The notes under the pieces were generated by a model. It was not told where the DNA came from. It worked only from the letters and a program-made list of their open reading frames with translations, and made no database searches. DNA of 52,922 nucleotides from NCBI RefSeq assembly GCF_041583095.1, contig NZ_JBFHGM010000001.1, positions 1 to 52,922 of the forward strand. The letters run 5' to 3'. Shown here in pieces: positions 8,210-18,628 of this stretch. The DNA is from Draconibacterium sp. (lineage in GTDB: Bacteria; Bacteroidota; Bacteroidia; Bacteroidales; Prolixibacteraceae). Numbering within the stretch: position 1 is the stretch's first letter; each line of letters starts with the position of its first letter. The translations under genes were made by a program, and so were the position numbers.

Positions 8210-9634
8210 ATGTTTTGTAGATTTTTGTGTTGGATGAAATTAAATGTGTTTATACTGGCGTTGTTAGGCACTTTTGGATGCTCCTTTTCCGGGCATACTG
8301 AAAAGCAGCCTAACATTATTTTTCTGTTAACCGACGACCAGCGCTGGGACGCCATGGGAGCCATGGGAAATAAAATAATTCAAACGCCTAATATGGACGA
8401 CCTGGCAAATAATGGCGTGTTGTTTACCAATGCCCACGTGACCACCTCAATTTGTTGCAGTAGCCGCGCAAGTATTCTCTCCGGGCAGTACGTTTCAAGG
8501 CACGGAATAGAAGGTTTTCGTACTCCGTTTTCGCCGGCGGCACTTCAGCAAACTTACCCCATGTTATTAAAAAACAATGGTTATTCCATTGGTTTTATCG
8601 GCAAATACGGTGTGGGAAATCCGCAGGATTTTCCCGATTCGTTGTACCATTACTGGGGCTGCGATGCCTTGCACCAACCTAACTATGAGAACGAAGATGG
8701 AGAGGGGAACTTTATTCACTACACAGATATTGTAAGTAGCCGTATCAACGAATTTCTGGAAAGGTTCGGGAAAGACGAAAAACCTTTTTGTTTGTCGGTA
8801 AGTTTTAAGGCTCCACACTGCCAGGATGGCGACCCTCGCCAGTTTATTTACGCTGAGCGTTATAAAAAATTGTATGCTAATGTAGAATTTGCCTTGCCCG
8901 AAACTGCCGGTTCGTCGTATTATTCCTTCTTCCCACAAGATTTCAGGATACCGGTATTTAATGGCGTAGAACGACAAAATGAGGCTCGTAAACGTTGGGA
9001 AATACGTTTCCCCGATAAAGAAAAGTTCCAGGAATCGGTGCGTTCGTATTATCGTTTAATAAGCGGAGTTGACGATGCCATTGGAATACTCAGAAAGAAG
9101 TTGGAGGAAATAGGTAAAGCCGAAAATACAATAATAGTTTTTATGGGCGACAACGGTTTTTACCTGGGCGAACACGGATTGGCCGGAAAATGGTATGCGC
9201 ACCGCGAGTCGGTTAAAGTACCGTTTTTTGTTTTCGACCCCAGAGCTGATGAAAGCCAAAGAGGAAAAAGAGTTGATGAATTTGCATTGAATATTGATGT
9301 GGCACCCACCATTTTATCGCTGGCAGGTGTTGAAATACCTGAAACAATGCAGGGAATAAATGCACTGGATTTGCTCTCACATAAAACACCCGAAAGGGAA
9401 ATGTTTTTTTACGAGCACAACCTTGATATTCCGACAATACCCAATTCAGAGGCCGTGATTTCGAAAAAATACAAATACATAAAATACGCTGACCTGAGTA
9501 CTCCTTTTGAAGAATTTTACGACCTGGAAAACGATTCTCTTGAAAAAGTAAATTTGGTTGGGGAGGAAAAGTATGCAGATGCAGTACAAGAGTTCAGAAA
9601 ATACCTGGAAGTAATGGGCAACGAAGTGAAATAA
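8210..9634 (+). CDS. S1 family sulfatase, Cys-type, lipoprotein (start may be ATG 8234)
   Basis: Motifs PNIIFLLTDDQR, CCSSRASILSG, GKYG, KAPH, GDNGFYLGEHGLAGKW. Lipobox TFG-C. Confidence 0.9.
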   Translation: MFCRFLCWMKLNVFILALLGTFGCSFSGHTEKQPNIIFLLTDDQRWDAMGAMGNKIIQTPNMDDLANNGVLFTNAHVTTSICCSSRASILSGQYVSRHGIEGFRTPFSPAALQQTYPMLLKNNGYSIGFIGKYGVGNPQDFPDSLYHYWGCDALHQPNYENEDGEGNFIHYTDIVSSRINEFLERFGKDEKPFCLSVSFKAPHCQDGDPRQFIYAERYKKLYANVEFALPETAGSSYYSFFPQDFRIPVFNGVERQNEARKRWEIRFPDKEKFQESVRSYYRLISGVDDAIGILRKKLEEIGKAENTIIVFMGDNGFYLGEHGLAGKWYAHRESVKVPFFVFDPRADESQRGKRVDEFALNIDVAPTILSLAGVEIPETMQGINALDLLSHKTPEREMFFYEHNLDIPTIPNSEAVISKKYKYIKYADLSTPFEEFYDLENDSLEKVNLVGEEKYADAVQEFRKYLEVMGNEVK

Positions 9635-9745
9635 CCACACTTCGCTTAAAATAGGACATATCAGCAAATCGTTGACACAAATCAGCACGCTCTTGTTTTG
9701 AAACTTTTGTTATTTCACGGTTTAATAAGAAATAATAAAACTTCG

Positions 9746-11224
9746 ATGAGAACAATTGTTTTAAGTTGCCTTTTACAAATTGTATTTTTGTATACTTCGT
9801 TTGCCCAAAATACAAAGGCACACGAACCTTTAAATATTATTTTTATTCTTGCCGACGACTGGGGCTGGACCGACTGGCAGATGAACGGGCGTAACGAGGG
9901 TTCCGCGTTTTACGAAACGCCTAACCTCGATAAATTGGCAAGCCAGGGAACATTCTTTTCGCAGGCATATGCACATCCGCTTTGTTCGCCTTCGCGTGCG
10001 GCTTTTCTTACCGGAAAATATCCTGGAGCCAGATTGCACATGCACGCTGCAATAACGGGAGCCAGCACATCGTATCCGGTTCTGCCCGGTTCGGCAGGCG
10101 CAGATACAAAAACTTGCTTCCCCGAATCGAAAAACCATTTACCGCTGGAGGAAATTACCATAGCCGAAGAACTTAAAAGTGCTGGTTATAAAACCTTTCA
10201 ATTTGGCAAATGGCATTTAGGAAACCCGGACTTTTATCCCACAAAACAAGGATTCGACCATGAATTTGCAGTTGGAGGTGCGGGACCTGGAAGGGGTGGC
10301 TATTTTGCTCCGTATAACGGGCTTGGTAGTTTACCACAGGGCCCCGAAGGTGAATATATTACCGAAAGGATTACCGATGAAGTGTGCAAAACAATTGAAA
10401 ATGTAAAAGACGAAAAATTCTTTATCTATTTCGCGCACTTCAATGTTCATTCTCCTTATGAGGCAAAAGCTGATGTGGTTGAAAAATACAGGCAAAAACT
10501 GGCGAAAGGTTCTTTGGGGAAGCATAAAAATCCGGTAATGGCTGCCATGATAGAAGCCTTGGATGAAAGTGTGGGTAAGGTAATGAATAAGCTGGAGGAA
10601 CTGGGGATTGAAGGAAATACAATGGTAGTTGTAATGGGCGATAATGGAGGTGTGCACTGGACAAACGATAAAAATAATCCGGACATACCCGTTACATCGA
10701 ATGAGCCTTTGCGAGCCGGTAAATGCTGTTTTTACGAAGGAGGAGTACGGGTACCACTGCTTATCAAATATCCGGGGAAGGAAACTGCCGGAACTACCGA
10801 AAATACGCCTGTACATATTATCGATTTTTATCCAACATTTTGTAATATCGCAGGAATTGAGATTTCGAAAGAAAAGGATGTTTGCGATGGGAAAAGTATT
10901 ATGCCTTTACTAACAAACAACGGAGTGCTGGAAAAGCGGCCATTGTTTTGTCATTTTCCGCGTAAAAAGCAGATTGGCGCTGATGTTGGTGGTTCGTATA
11001 TTCGTGAGGGAGATTACAAATTGTACCGATTGTATGGTTTAAATGAGGATGCTACTGATGCTTACGAGCTTTATAATGTTTGTTCTGATTTAGGTGAAAC
11101 ACGTGACTCGATAGGGTATTTGCCTGAGATTGCCACTAACCTTAAATCAAAATTGGCGAACTGGCTCAACGAAACAGGGGCTTTGATTCCCGTTCCCAAT
11201 CCGCATTATATCAGGCCTGAATAG
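9746..11224 (+). CDS. S1 family sulfatase, Cys-type (arylsulfatase-like), secreted
   Basis: ATG 9746 gives an SPI signal (MRTIVLSCLLQIVFLYTSFA-Q); the ORF track TTG start at 9698 is less likely. Motifs NIIFILADDWG, CSPSRAAFLTG, GKWHLG, VHSP, GDNGG, YEGGVRVP. Confidence 0.9.
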   Translation: MRTIVLSCLLQIVFLYTSFAQNTKAHEPLNIIFILADDWGWTDWQMNGRNEGSAFYETPNLDKLASQGTFFSQAYAHPLCSPSRAAFLTGKYPGARLHMHAAITGASTSYPVLPGSAGADTKTCFPESKNHLPLEEITIAEELKSAGYKTFQFGKWHLGNPDFYPTKQGFDHEFAVGGAGPGRGGYFAPYNGLGSLPQGPEGEYITERITDEVCKTIENVKDEKFFIYFAHFNVHSPYEAKADVVEKYRQKLAKGSLGKHKNPVMAAMIEALDESVGKVMNKLEELGIEGNTMVVVMGDNGGVHWTNDKNNPDIPVTSNEPLRAGKCCFYEGGVRVPLLIKYPGKETAGTTENTPVHIIDFYPTFCNIAGIEISKEKDVCDGKSIMPLLTNNGVLEKRPLFCHFPRKKQIGADVGGSYIREGDYKLYRLYGLNEDATDAYELYNVCSDLGETRDSIGYLPEIATNLKSKLANWLNETGALIPVPNPHYIRPE

Positions 11225-11311
11225 TGGTGCTGTTGTTGCGTATCAGCATAATGATAATTAATATGTGCAATAAATAGTGATGATTGTTTTAAGATAGCGT
11301 GTGCTTACTGG

Positions 11312-14300
11312 ATGAAAAAGGTGATGAAAATAGCAGTAATACTTCTTTGTTTTTATGTTAGTGTTTTAAGTGCTTTGGGCACGAATGCACATTTCCAGAA
11401 CATTTCTATCGAACACGGTTTATCAAATCTGAACATTAATACACTTTGCCAGGATAATCAGGGGTACATTTGGATTGGCACGCAACGGGGGCTTAACCGT
11501 TTTAATGGCTACGAATTTCAACAATATTATTTCGATAGAAACGATTCGCTGGGACTAAGTTCTGATTTAATTACGGCACTTTATTGCGACTCGGATGATT
11601 ACTTATTTGTGGGCACCAACAATGGACTTAGTTGCTACAATATTCGGGAGCAAAAATTTATCAGGCGTTTTACTGAAATTGGAGCAAGATACATACTGGA
11701 CATAAAAAAATGGAAAGGAGAGTTGTATGTTGCAACAGATAGTGGTTTGTATAAAGTATTGCAATCAGGCGAAGAAACTCTTATCTCCGAACGGATTCGA
11801 ATTAATGTATTGTTTGTTGACAGAAAGAAGCGCCTGTGGTGTGGCAGCAACCGGGAATTGTTATTTGTAGAAAATAATTCGGTTGTACATGCTTTTACCG
11901 GAAATGAAGCTTTTCTGCATGGTCCAAACATTATAAATTCAATTTACGAGGATTACCAGCGAAATCAAATATGGCTTGGAACCAATAACGGAATTACCCT
12001 GTTCGGTACCGCAACAATGAATGCAGCAAAGAACTTGAACGGAACAACGCCTGATGGTATGCTTCCGGGGTGTAAAATTGAATTTATTATTGAGAAAACT
12101 GCCGGAATAATTTGGATAGGCACCTATAATTCGGGGTTGTACGAATACAATGTATCTACAGGAAAACTAGGTTTGTTAAACTCCGATAATGTTATTTCAG
12201 GCTTAAATTCTAAAAGTTTTTCATCAGTGTTGGTCGATAATTGTGGTAATACCTGGCTGGGGACTTTCGACAATGGTTTGGCCGTTAATTTCAAATATTT
12301 TAAAAACTTTAATCCCGATGCCAATCTAAATCGCCTGACAAAAAATAAGTTCATTACCAGTATCAGTTCATTTGGAAATAGTTCATTACTTATTTCTACA
12401 CGTGGGGATGGTTTTTACACCTACAATAAAACAAGCGGTAACAGTTGTCATTATACAAGCGGGAATAGCGATTTGGGGAGCAACTTTTTAAAAAATACCT
12501 GCCTCGATAATAGCAACCAGGTGTGGATTGGAAGTTTGTCTGGAGTACAGGTTTTTAATCTTTCAACTCAAACATTCTATAACCTATCTCCTGAAATTAA
12601 AATTGGGTACTCCACTATTTTTTGCGATAAAGAGTGGATTTATTTGGGAATTCCCGGGCTTGGATTGATGGTTTTTGACAAAGACAGAAGCTTAATCTAC
12701 CACATTGAAAAGTGTGGCCCCAATATTACAAAGATTGTAGAAGTTAATGAAAATGAATTGTTGTTAACCAGCTTTGGCAGAGGTGTTTATTTGTATGATA
12801 AAAATACTAAAAACGCTATTCCCCTTCATGAAAAATTTCCCGAAGTTGAGGGCTTAAACAGAATTGTTACGGCACATATTGACAAAACAGGTGATTTTTG
12901 GTTAGGAAGTTACTTGTGGGGAATGTATTGTGTCGACCCTAAAAACGGAACAATATCGAGCTTCGATAAAGGTACAGGTTTGCCCAGTAACGATGTAATC
13001 GGTATTGTAGAAGATGAATACAACCAGTTGTGGTTAAGTACCTCGTATGGATTGTCGCGGCTGAACAAAATTACGGGCACCATAAAAAATTATTTCATAA
13101 ACGAAGGCGTTAATAATACGCAGTTTCACGAAAAATCGGCTTTTCGGAGCGATGATGGAATGATTTATTTTGGCGGAAATTACGGGGTAACATGTTTTTA
13201 TCCCGAGCAGTTGGTTCTGCCCAATGTTGCTCCGCCACGCTTAATACTGGAAGAGTTACAAGTCTTAAACAACAGGGTTATGCCTTCTTCTGATAGTCGC
13301 ATTCTGAAGGAATCCGTTTCATTTGCTTCAAAAATTACCTTGTCGCATAAAGAAAAAGAGTTCAGTTTAAAATTAACTGCATTCGACTTTCTCTCTTCAG
13401 AACAAGTGCAATATGCATACAGGCTAAAAGGTTTAGATAAAAACTGGATTGAAATAGGGACACGTCGCCTGGTATCTTTTGCTTATTTAAAACCCGGTAC
13501 CTATACATTTCAGTTTAAAGCAAAATCAACCGATGGCGACTGGTCTAAACCATCAAAACCGTTGGAAATTGAAATAAGGCCAGCTCCCTGGTTTGCCTGG
13601 TGGGCATTAAGTTTGTATGTCCTTATTATTGCGTTAACAACATGGGGTGTTTTCCGGTTCTTGTTCAGGCTGAAATTATACCGCCATAAACTTGAAATGG
13701 AACAGTACGAGCATCAGCGCGAAAAAGATATCCAAGAAATGAAACTGCGTTTTTTTACGAATATTTCGCACGAGTTTCGTACGCCATTAACCATCATATC
13801 GGGGCTGGCCAAACAGTTAACCGATAGTAACAAAAGCGAACAGCAAAAAAGCCAGGTAATACAAAGCCTGCAACTTAACATTAAACGCTTGCTAAAACTG
13901 GTGAACCAAATTTTGGTATTTCGTGAGTTGGAGAACGATACCCTGGAATTAAAACTGAAAACGCAAAATATTGCAGTTTTAGTGGCCGATGCTGTTAAGC
14001 CCTTTGAATTTTATGCAGCGAAAAAGGATATTGCAATTCATTATTCAAACGTTGACAGTTACAACCTGGCGCTTGACGATGATAAAGTAGACAAGGTGTT
14101 GAGTAATTTAATAGCGAATGCAGTAAAATTTACGCCAACCGGTGGAAACATTAAAATAAGTTCGCAGATTTTAAATGCCAACCAGGTTAAAAGTGCTTAC
14201 GAAACAGCCACGCTTCAGGAAACAGAAAGTTTTATACAGATACAAATTGCAGATAACGGGCCGGGAATTGAATCCGCTAATTTGAAGACCATTTTTCAGC

Positions 14301-15307
14301 GGTATAAAAAATTTGATTCAGAACAAGCCGATTATTCAGGAACCGGAATTGGCCTGGATTTTTGTCAAAAACTAATTGCCCTACACAATGGATATATCAA
14401 GGCCGAAAATGCGAAAGAGCGAGGCGCAGTTTTTTCTTTTGTATTGCCCGTAAATCAAAATAATATGGCAACCAGTCTTACTGAGGCGGTGGTCGAAAAT
14501 GGCGGGGCGGTTTCAGTAACAAGTCAAACAAAAGAAATTATAAAAAGAAAGCATAAAACAGTACTGGTTGTTGAAGATGATGCTGAACTCAATCAGTTGC
14601 TTACCGAAAGTTTGAAGGAGTATTATTCAGTATTGTCGTCGTTTGATGGAAGTGAAGCACTCGAACTTATCGAAAATAAAGCAATTGATTTAATTGTGAG
14701 CGATGTAATGATGCCCAGCGTAAATGGCTTTGAGTTTTGTGAACAAGTGAAAACAAGTGAAAAATGGGCGCACATTCCTTTTATTTTATTGTCGGCAAAA
14801 ACCGATATCGAGACCCAGATTTCGGGTTTAAACACTGGAGCCGATTTGTACATTACAAAACCATTTGAGATGAATTACCTGCTTGCAGTAGTAGACAGTC
14901 AAATGAGTAATCGCGAAAAAATTCATCAGATTTTTATGAATGGGGCAATGCCTAAATTCGAAAAAGATGAGCTCAATCAAAACGACATTCTCTTTTTGAA
15001 AAAAGTAAATAAACTAATTGAAGAAAATTACCGGAACACAGCATTTAATGTGGCCGATTTGGCTCAATTAATGAATATGAGCCGCTCTACTTTCTACCGC
15101 AAGTTTATTGGGCTTACCAACGTTACTCCCAACGATTATGTTAAGAAGTTTAAAGTGAACAAGGCCGTTGAGTTATTAAAAACCAAAAGTTATTCCATTG
15201 CTGAAACCAGCGAACTGGCCGGCTTTGCTACACAAGGCTACTTTTCTACTACCTTTAAAAATGAAATGGGATTAACCCCCAGCGAGTTTGTAAAGAAAAA
15301 CGTGTAA
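11312..15307 (+). CDS. Hybrid two-component system sensor/regulator (HTCS)
   Basis: Signal peptide, repeated Reg_prop beta-propeller blades (IWIGT..GL), Y_Y_Y domain, TM helix (PWFAWWALSLYVLII), His kinase FFTNISHEFRTPLT, HATPase (NAVKF, DNGPGI, GTGIGL), receiver LIVSDVMMP, C-terminal AraC HTH. Confidence 0.95.
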   Translation: MKKVMKIAVILLCFYVSVLSALGTNAHFQNISIEHGLSNLNINTLCQDNQGYIWIGTQRGLNRFNGYEFQQYYFDRNDSLGLSSDLITALYCDSDDYLFVGTNNGLSCYNIREQKFIRRFTEIGARYILDIKKWKGELYVATDSGLYKVLQSGEETLISERIRINVLFVDRKKRLWCGSNRELLFVENNSVVHAFTGNEAFLHGPNIINSIYEDYQRNQIWLGTNNGITLFGTATMNAAKNLNGTTPDGMLPGCKIEFIIEKTAGIIWIGTYNSGLYEYNVSTGKLGLLNSDNVISGLNSKSFSSVLVDNCGNTWLGTFDNGLAVNFKYFKNFNPDANLNRLTKNKFITSISSFGNSSLLISTRGDGFYTYNKTSGNSCHYTSGNSDLGSNFLKNTCLDNSNQVWIGSLSGVQVFNLSTQTFYNLSPEIKIGYSTIFCDKEWIYLGIPGLGLMVFDKDRSLIYHIEKCGPNITKIVEVNENELLLTSFGRGVYLYDKNTKNAIPLHEKFPEVEGLNRIVTAHIDKTGDFWLGSYLWGMYCVDPKNGTISSFDKGTGLPSNDVIGIVEDEYNQLWLSTSYGLSRLNKITGTIKNYFINEGVNNTQFHEKSAFRSDDGMIYFGGNYGVTCFYPEQLVLPNVAPPRLILEELQVLNNRVMPSSDSRILKESVSFASKITLSHKEKEFSLKLTAFDFLSSEQVQYAYRLKGLDKNWIEIGTRRLVSFAYLKPGTYTFQFKAKSTDGDWSKPSKPLEIEIRPAPWFAWWALSLYVLIIALTTWGVFRFLFRLKLYRHKLEMEQYEHQREKDIQEMKLRFFTNISHEFRTPLTIISGLAKQLTDSNKSEQQKSQVIQSLQLNIKRLLKLVNQILVFRELENDTLELKLKTQNIAVLVADAVKPFEFYAAKKDIAIHYSNVDSYNLALDDDKVDKVLSNLIANAVKFTPTGGNIKISSQILNANQVKSAYETATLQETESFIQIQIADNGPGIESANLKTIFQRYKKFDSEQADYSGTGIGLDFCQKLIALHNGYIKAENAKERGAVFSFVLPVNQNNMATSLTEAVVENGGAVSVTSQTKEIIKRKHKTVLVVEDDAELNQLLTESLKEYYSVLSSFDGSEALELIENKAIDLIVSDVMMPSVNGFEFCEQVKTSEKWAHIPFILLSAKTDIETQISGLNTGADLYITKPFEMNYLLAVVDSQMSNREKIHQIFMNGAMPKFEKDELNQNDILFLKKVNKLIEENYRNTAFNVADLAQLMNMSRSTFYRKFIGLTNVTPNDYVKKFKVNKAVELLKTKSYSIAETSELAGFATQGYFSTTFKNEMGLTPSEFVKKNV

Positions 15308-15331
15308 GCAGCCTGCCGTTCATTTTTATTT

Positions 15332-15365
15332 GACGCAATTTTAGAAAAAAGACACAATTTTAGAA
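15332..15365 (+). promoter_or_regulatory. 15-bp direct repeat upstream of susC1, candidate HTCS operator
   Basis: GACGCAATTTTAGAA (15332-15346) and GACACAATTTTAGAA (15351-15365) match at 14/15 with 19-bp period, in the HTCS-susC intergenic region. Confidence 0.65.
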
Positions 15366-15481
15366 CTCCCTTGTTATTTGAGACAATAACGTAAATAGTT
15401 GAACTTATTACAGACAAAATATCACTTCAATTTGTCTAGGTTCAAACCGTTAAAATAATTCAAAATCAATTTTATAGACTT

Positions 15482-18400
15482 ATGAAGAAAACATTTTTGA
15501 TGCTTCTCCTATTCCTTATATCAGTATGCGGATGGGCGCAAGTACAAAAGATTTCAGGTACGGTAGTCGATGAAGAAAAAAAGCCGATACCTGGCGTAAC
15601 TGTTCTTGTAGAGGGGACTACTAATGGTACATTAACAGATATGGATGGCAAGTTTCAATTGTCTGTTAATAATTCAGAGGCATTAGTCCGGTTCTCGTTT
15701 ATTGGAATGAAAACACTGGTTGTTCCTGTAAACGGAAAGTCAGTTATCGATGTAACCTTAAAACAAGATGTTCTCGGACTGGAAGAGGTCGTGGTAGTTG
15801 GATATGGTCAGCAAGAAAAAGCAAGTGTAGTTGCGGCCATTTCTTCCATTGGTGCCGACGAAATTGTGCGTACACCAACCTCTAACCTGGCAACCGGTTT
15901 GGCTGGTAAAATGCCGGGTTTAACTGTAATGCTCAAAGGTGGTGAGCTGGGTAACGAGGACATTAACATGTACATTCGCGGCCAGGCAACAATCAACAAT
16001 ACACAGCCGCTGGTATTGGTCGATGGTATCGAGCGTGAACTTACAACCGTAGATGCGTATGATGTTGAATCAGTAAATGTTTTAAAAGATGCGTCAGCTA
16101 CAGCTGTTTATGGAGTAAGAGGGGCCAACGGTGTTATTTTGGTAACAACAAAGAAAGGGCAGGTTGGTAAACCCATTGTTACCGCCAACGCCAACTATTC
16201 AATGCAGTACGTTGAACGTTTGCCCCAACCTTTAAATGCTGTCGATTACATGACCGTGCGAAACAGCGCAATCGAAATGCATAATCAGGCCACCGGTGGC
16301 AATTCTCCATTAGCCTTTGAACAGGAACTAGTTGATAATTACACTGATTACATGGCTAGATTCCCAACCTATTATGTCGATCGTGACTTTTACGGAGAGT
16401 ACATGAAAGACTATACTCCAATGTTAAAGACAAGTGTAAACATGAGAGGTGGGACCAAAAAAACCAAATATTTTGCAAGTATGGGCTATACCGGGCAAAC
16501 CGGACCATTTAAAACCGAAGGATGGGACGAATATAACTTCAAAAACAGTCAGCGCCTGGATCGTTTTAACTACCGGGCTAATGTTGATTTACAGATTAAT
16601 GATTTATTGAAAGTTTATTTGAACCTTTCAGGATATTTACAGGATAAACATGATCCAACAGTAAACGGAAGCTCTTCCGGATCAATTAATACTTATGGAG
16701 CCAATTATTCAACCTTAATGGCCCAGTTCACCGATATTCCATCAATTTCATTTGCCGATGTTAATGAATATGATCAGGTATTATCAGCTCCGGGGCGTAA
16801 AGATCGGGTACCTTTTGGATCATTAAACCGAACAGGTTACCGTACAGCTACCACAAATACCCTTCAAACTACTGTGGGATTAAATATGGATTTACCATTC
16901 ATTACAAAAGGTTTAAGTGCAAGGGCGCAGGTATCGTACGATAGCAGGGCTACCCACATTAGAGGGTACCGAAGAACCTATGCTACATATATTGCAGTAC
17001 TTGATGAAGTGGATGGAGAACAGGTAGTTGAATATGTTTCGAACAATGGCGATCCCGATTCTGATTTATCATCGGCACTAACACAAAGCTTTTCAACAAA
17101 TTTCGATCTTGAAGGGGCATTAAATTATGCGCGTAAGTTTGAGCAGCATAATATTACCGGAATGTTGCTGTATAAACAAAGTCAGTCAGTTAATAACATT
17201 GATATTCCCCGAAATTATGTTGGTATTGTAGGAAGGCTTACCTACAGCTATGCCCGGAAGTATATGACAGAATTCAACTTTGGGATGAACGGTTCTGAAC
17301 AGTTTGCTCCAGGGAAACGGTTTGGATTCTTTCCATCTGTATCACTGGGATGGACACTTACCGAGGAAGAATTTATGAGTAATGTTGGTTTCCTCGATTA
17401 TCTGAAAATACGTACTTCTTTTGGCCAGGTTGGAAACGACAGAATGGGAGGTCAGCGGTTTTTATATTTACCCAACTGGACACAGGCCCAGAACGGATAT
17501 TTTTCCGGCATGTGGAGACCCAATGGTATGCCCAGTGCTACCTACGAAAGTACAATGCCCAACATGGATATTACCTGGGAAGTTGCCAATAAATATAATG
17601 CAGCTATTGAAACCCGTGTTTTTGATTACATAAAACTAGATGTTGATGTGTTTTATGAAAAACGTTCGTCGATATTAACCGGCGTGTCGCTTATTCCTGA
17701 ATACATGTACGGGCAATCTAATTTGCCTCCAACCAATGCCGGAGTAATGAGTAACAAAGGATTTGAAGTAACGCTTGGCTATTCAAAGTCGTTTAAAAAC
17801 GATTTGTGGATAAACACCAGGTTTAGTGCAACTTTTGCCCGTAATAAAATTGTAAAAATGAATGAAACTCCACTGGACGACTCTTATGCTTATCCATACA
17901 CTACAGAGGGATTCAGCCGTGGTGTAATGTGGGGCTACGATTGTTTAGGCTATTTCGAGAGTACGGAGGAAATCCAGAATTGGGCTGATATGTCGGCATT
18001 ATCCACAAACGTTTTACCGGGCGATTTAAAATACCGCGATGTTAACGGCGATGGATATATCGACTCGAAAGACTTGATACCAATGGATTATCCGAACATT
18101 CCGGAGTGGAATTATTCGTATACGTTTTCTGCTGGTTACAAAAATTTCGATTTCTCGGTTTTGATTGATGTGGCCACCAACTATATGTATAATTTCTACG
18201 GAAGAGGCGTATTGGATTGGGAGAACCAGGAAATTGGAAGCTACAAAAACTATTTCGAACTTCATAAATACGCCTGGACACCCGAGCGCTATGAAAATGG
18301 AGAGAGAATTGAATACCCCAGGTTGCATCACGACGGAATAACAATCAGTAAAAATCCAAGCTCTTATTGGATGAAAGAAATGTGGTTTGCCCGGCTGCGG

Positions 18401-18598
18401 AACATCGAATTTGGTTATTCTATTCCGGAGCGTGCATGTAATAGTATGAAAATAAGTAAGGCTCGTGTATTTGTAAATGGCCAAAATATTTTCACACTCG
18501 ATAATATGCCTTTTAAGTATTTCGATCCCGAGGTAACCAATTCATTGGCTCATCCTGTGCTTTCAACTGTAAACGTAGGACTGAATGTTACTTTTTAA
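15482..18598 (+). CDS. susC: SusC/RagA family TonB-dependent transporter (SusC1)
   Basis: SPI signal, N-terminal CarboxypepD_reg-like domain, TonB-box region LEEVVVVGYG, plug LKDASATAVYGVRGANGVILVTTK, GSEQFAPGKRFGFFPS, ITWE, C-terminal Phe. Confidence 0.95.
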   Translation: MKKTFLMLLLFLISVCGWAQVQKISGTVVDEEKKPIPGVTVLVEGTTNGTLTDMDGKFQLSVNNSEALVRFSFIGMKTLVVPVNGKSVIDVTLKQDVLGLEEVVVVGYGQQEKASVVAAISSIGADEIVRTPTSNLATGLAGKMPGLTVMLKGGELGNEDINMYIRGQATINNTQPLVLVDGIERELTTVDAYDVESVNVLKDASATAVYGVRGANGVILVTTKKGQVGKPIVTANANYSMQYVERLPQPLNAVDYMTVRNSAIEMHNQATGGNSPLAFEQELVDNYTDYMARFPTYYVDRDFYGEYMKDYTPMLKTSVNMRGGTKKTKYFASMGYTGQTGPFKTEGWDEYNFKNSQRLDRFNYRANVDLQINDLLKVYLNLSGYLQDKHDPTVNGSSSGSINTYGANYSTLMAQFTDIPSISFADVNEYDQVLSAPGRKDRVPFGSLNRTGYRTATTNTLQTTVGLNMDLPFITKGLSARAQVSYDSRATHIRGYRRTYATYIAVLDEVDGEQVVEYVSNNGDPDSDLSSALTQSFSTNFDLEGALNYARKFEQHNITGMLLYKQSQSVNNIDIPRNYVGIVGRLTYSYARKYMTEFNFGMNGSEQFAPGKRFGFFPSVSLGWTLTEEEFMSNVGFLDYLKIRTSFGQVGNDRMGGQRFLYLPNWTQAQNGYFSGMWRPNGMPSATYESTMPNMDITWEVANKYNAAIETRVFDYIKLDVDVFYEKRSSILTGVSLIPEYMYGQSNLPPTNAGVMSNKGFEVTLGYSKSFKNDLWINTRFSATFARNKIVKMNETPLDDSYAYPYTTEGFSRGVMWGYDCLGYFESTEEIQNWADMSALSTNVLPGDLKYRDVNGDGYIDSKDLIPMDYPNIPEWNYSYTFSAGYKNFDFSVLIDVATNYMYNFYGRGVLDWENQEIGSYKNYFELHKYAWTPERYENGERIEYPRLHHDGITISKNPSSYWMKEMWFARLRNIEFGYSIPERACNSMKISKARVFVNGQNIFTLDNMPFKYFDPEVTNSLAHPVLSTVNVGLNVTF

Positions 18599-18628
18599 TT
18601 CTATGGACAACGCAAAAAATTGAGAATA

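Noticed and set aside
18038-18073. EF-hand-like DxNxDG loop in SusC1 (also present in SusC2-4)
   Set aside because: This is a common feature of SusC proteins and not novel.
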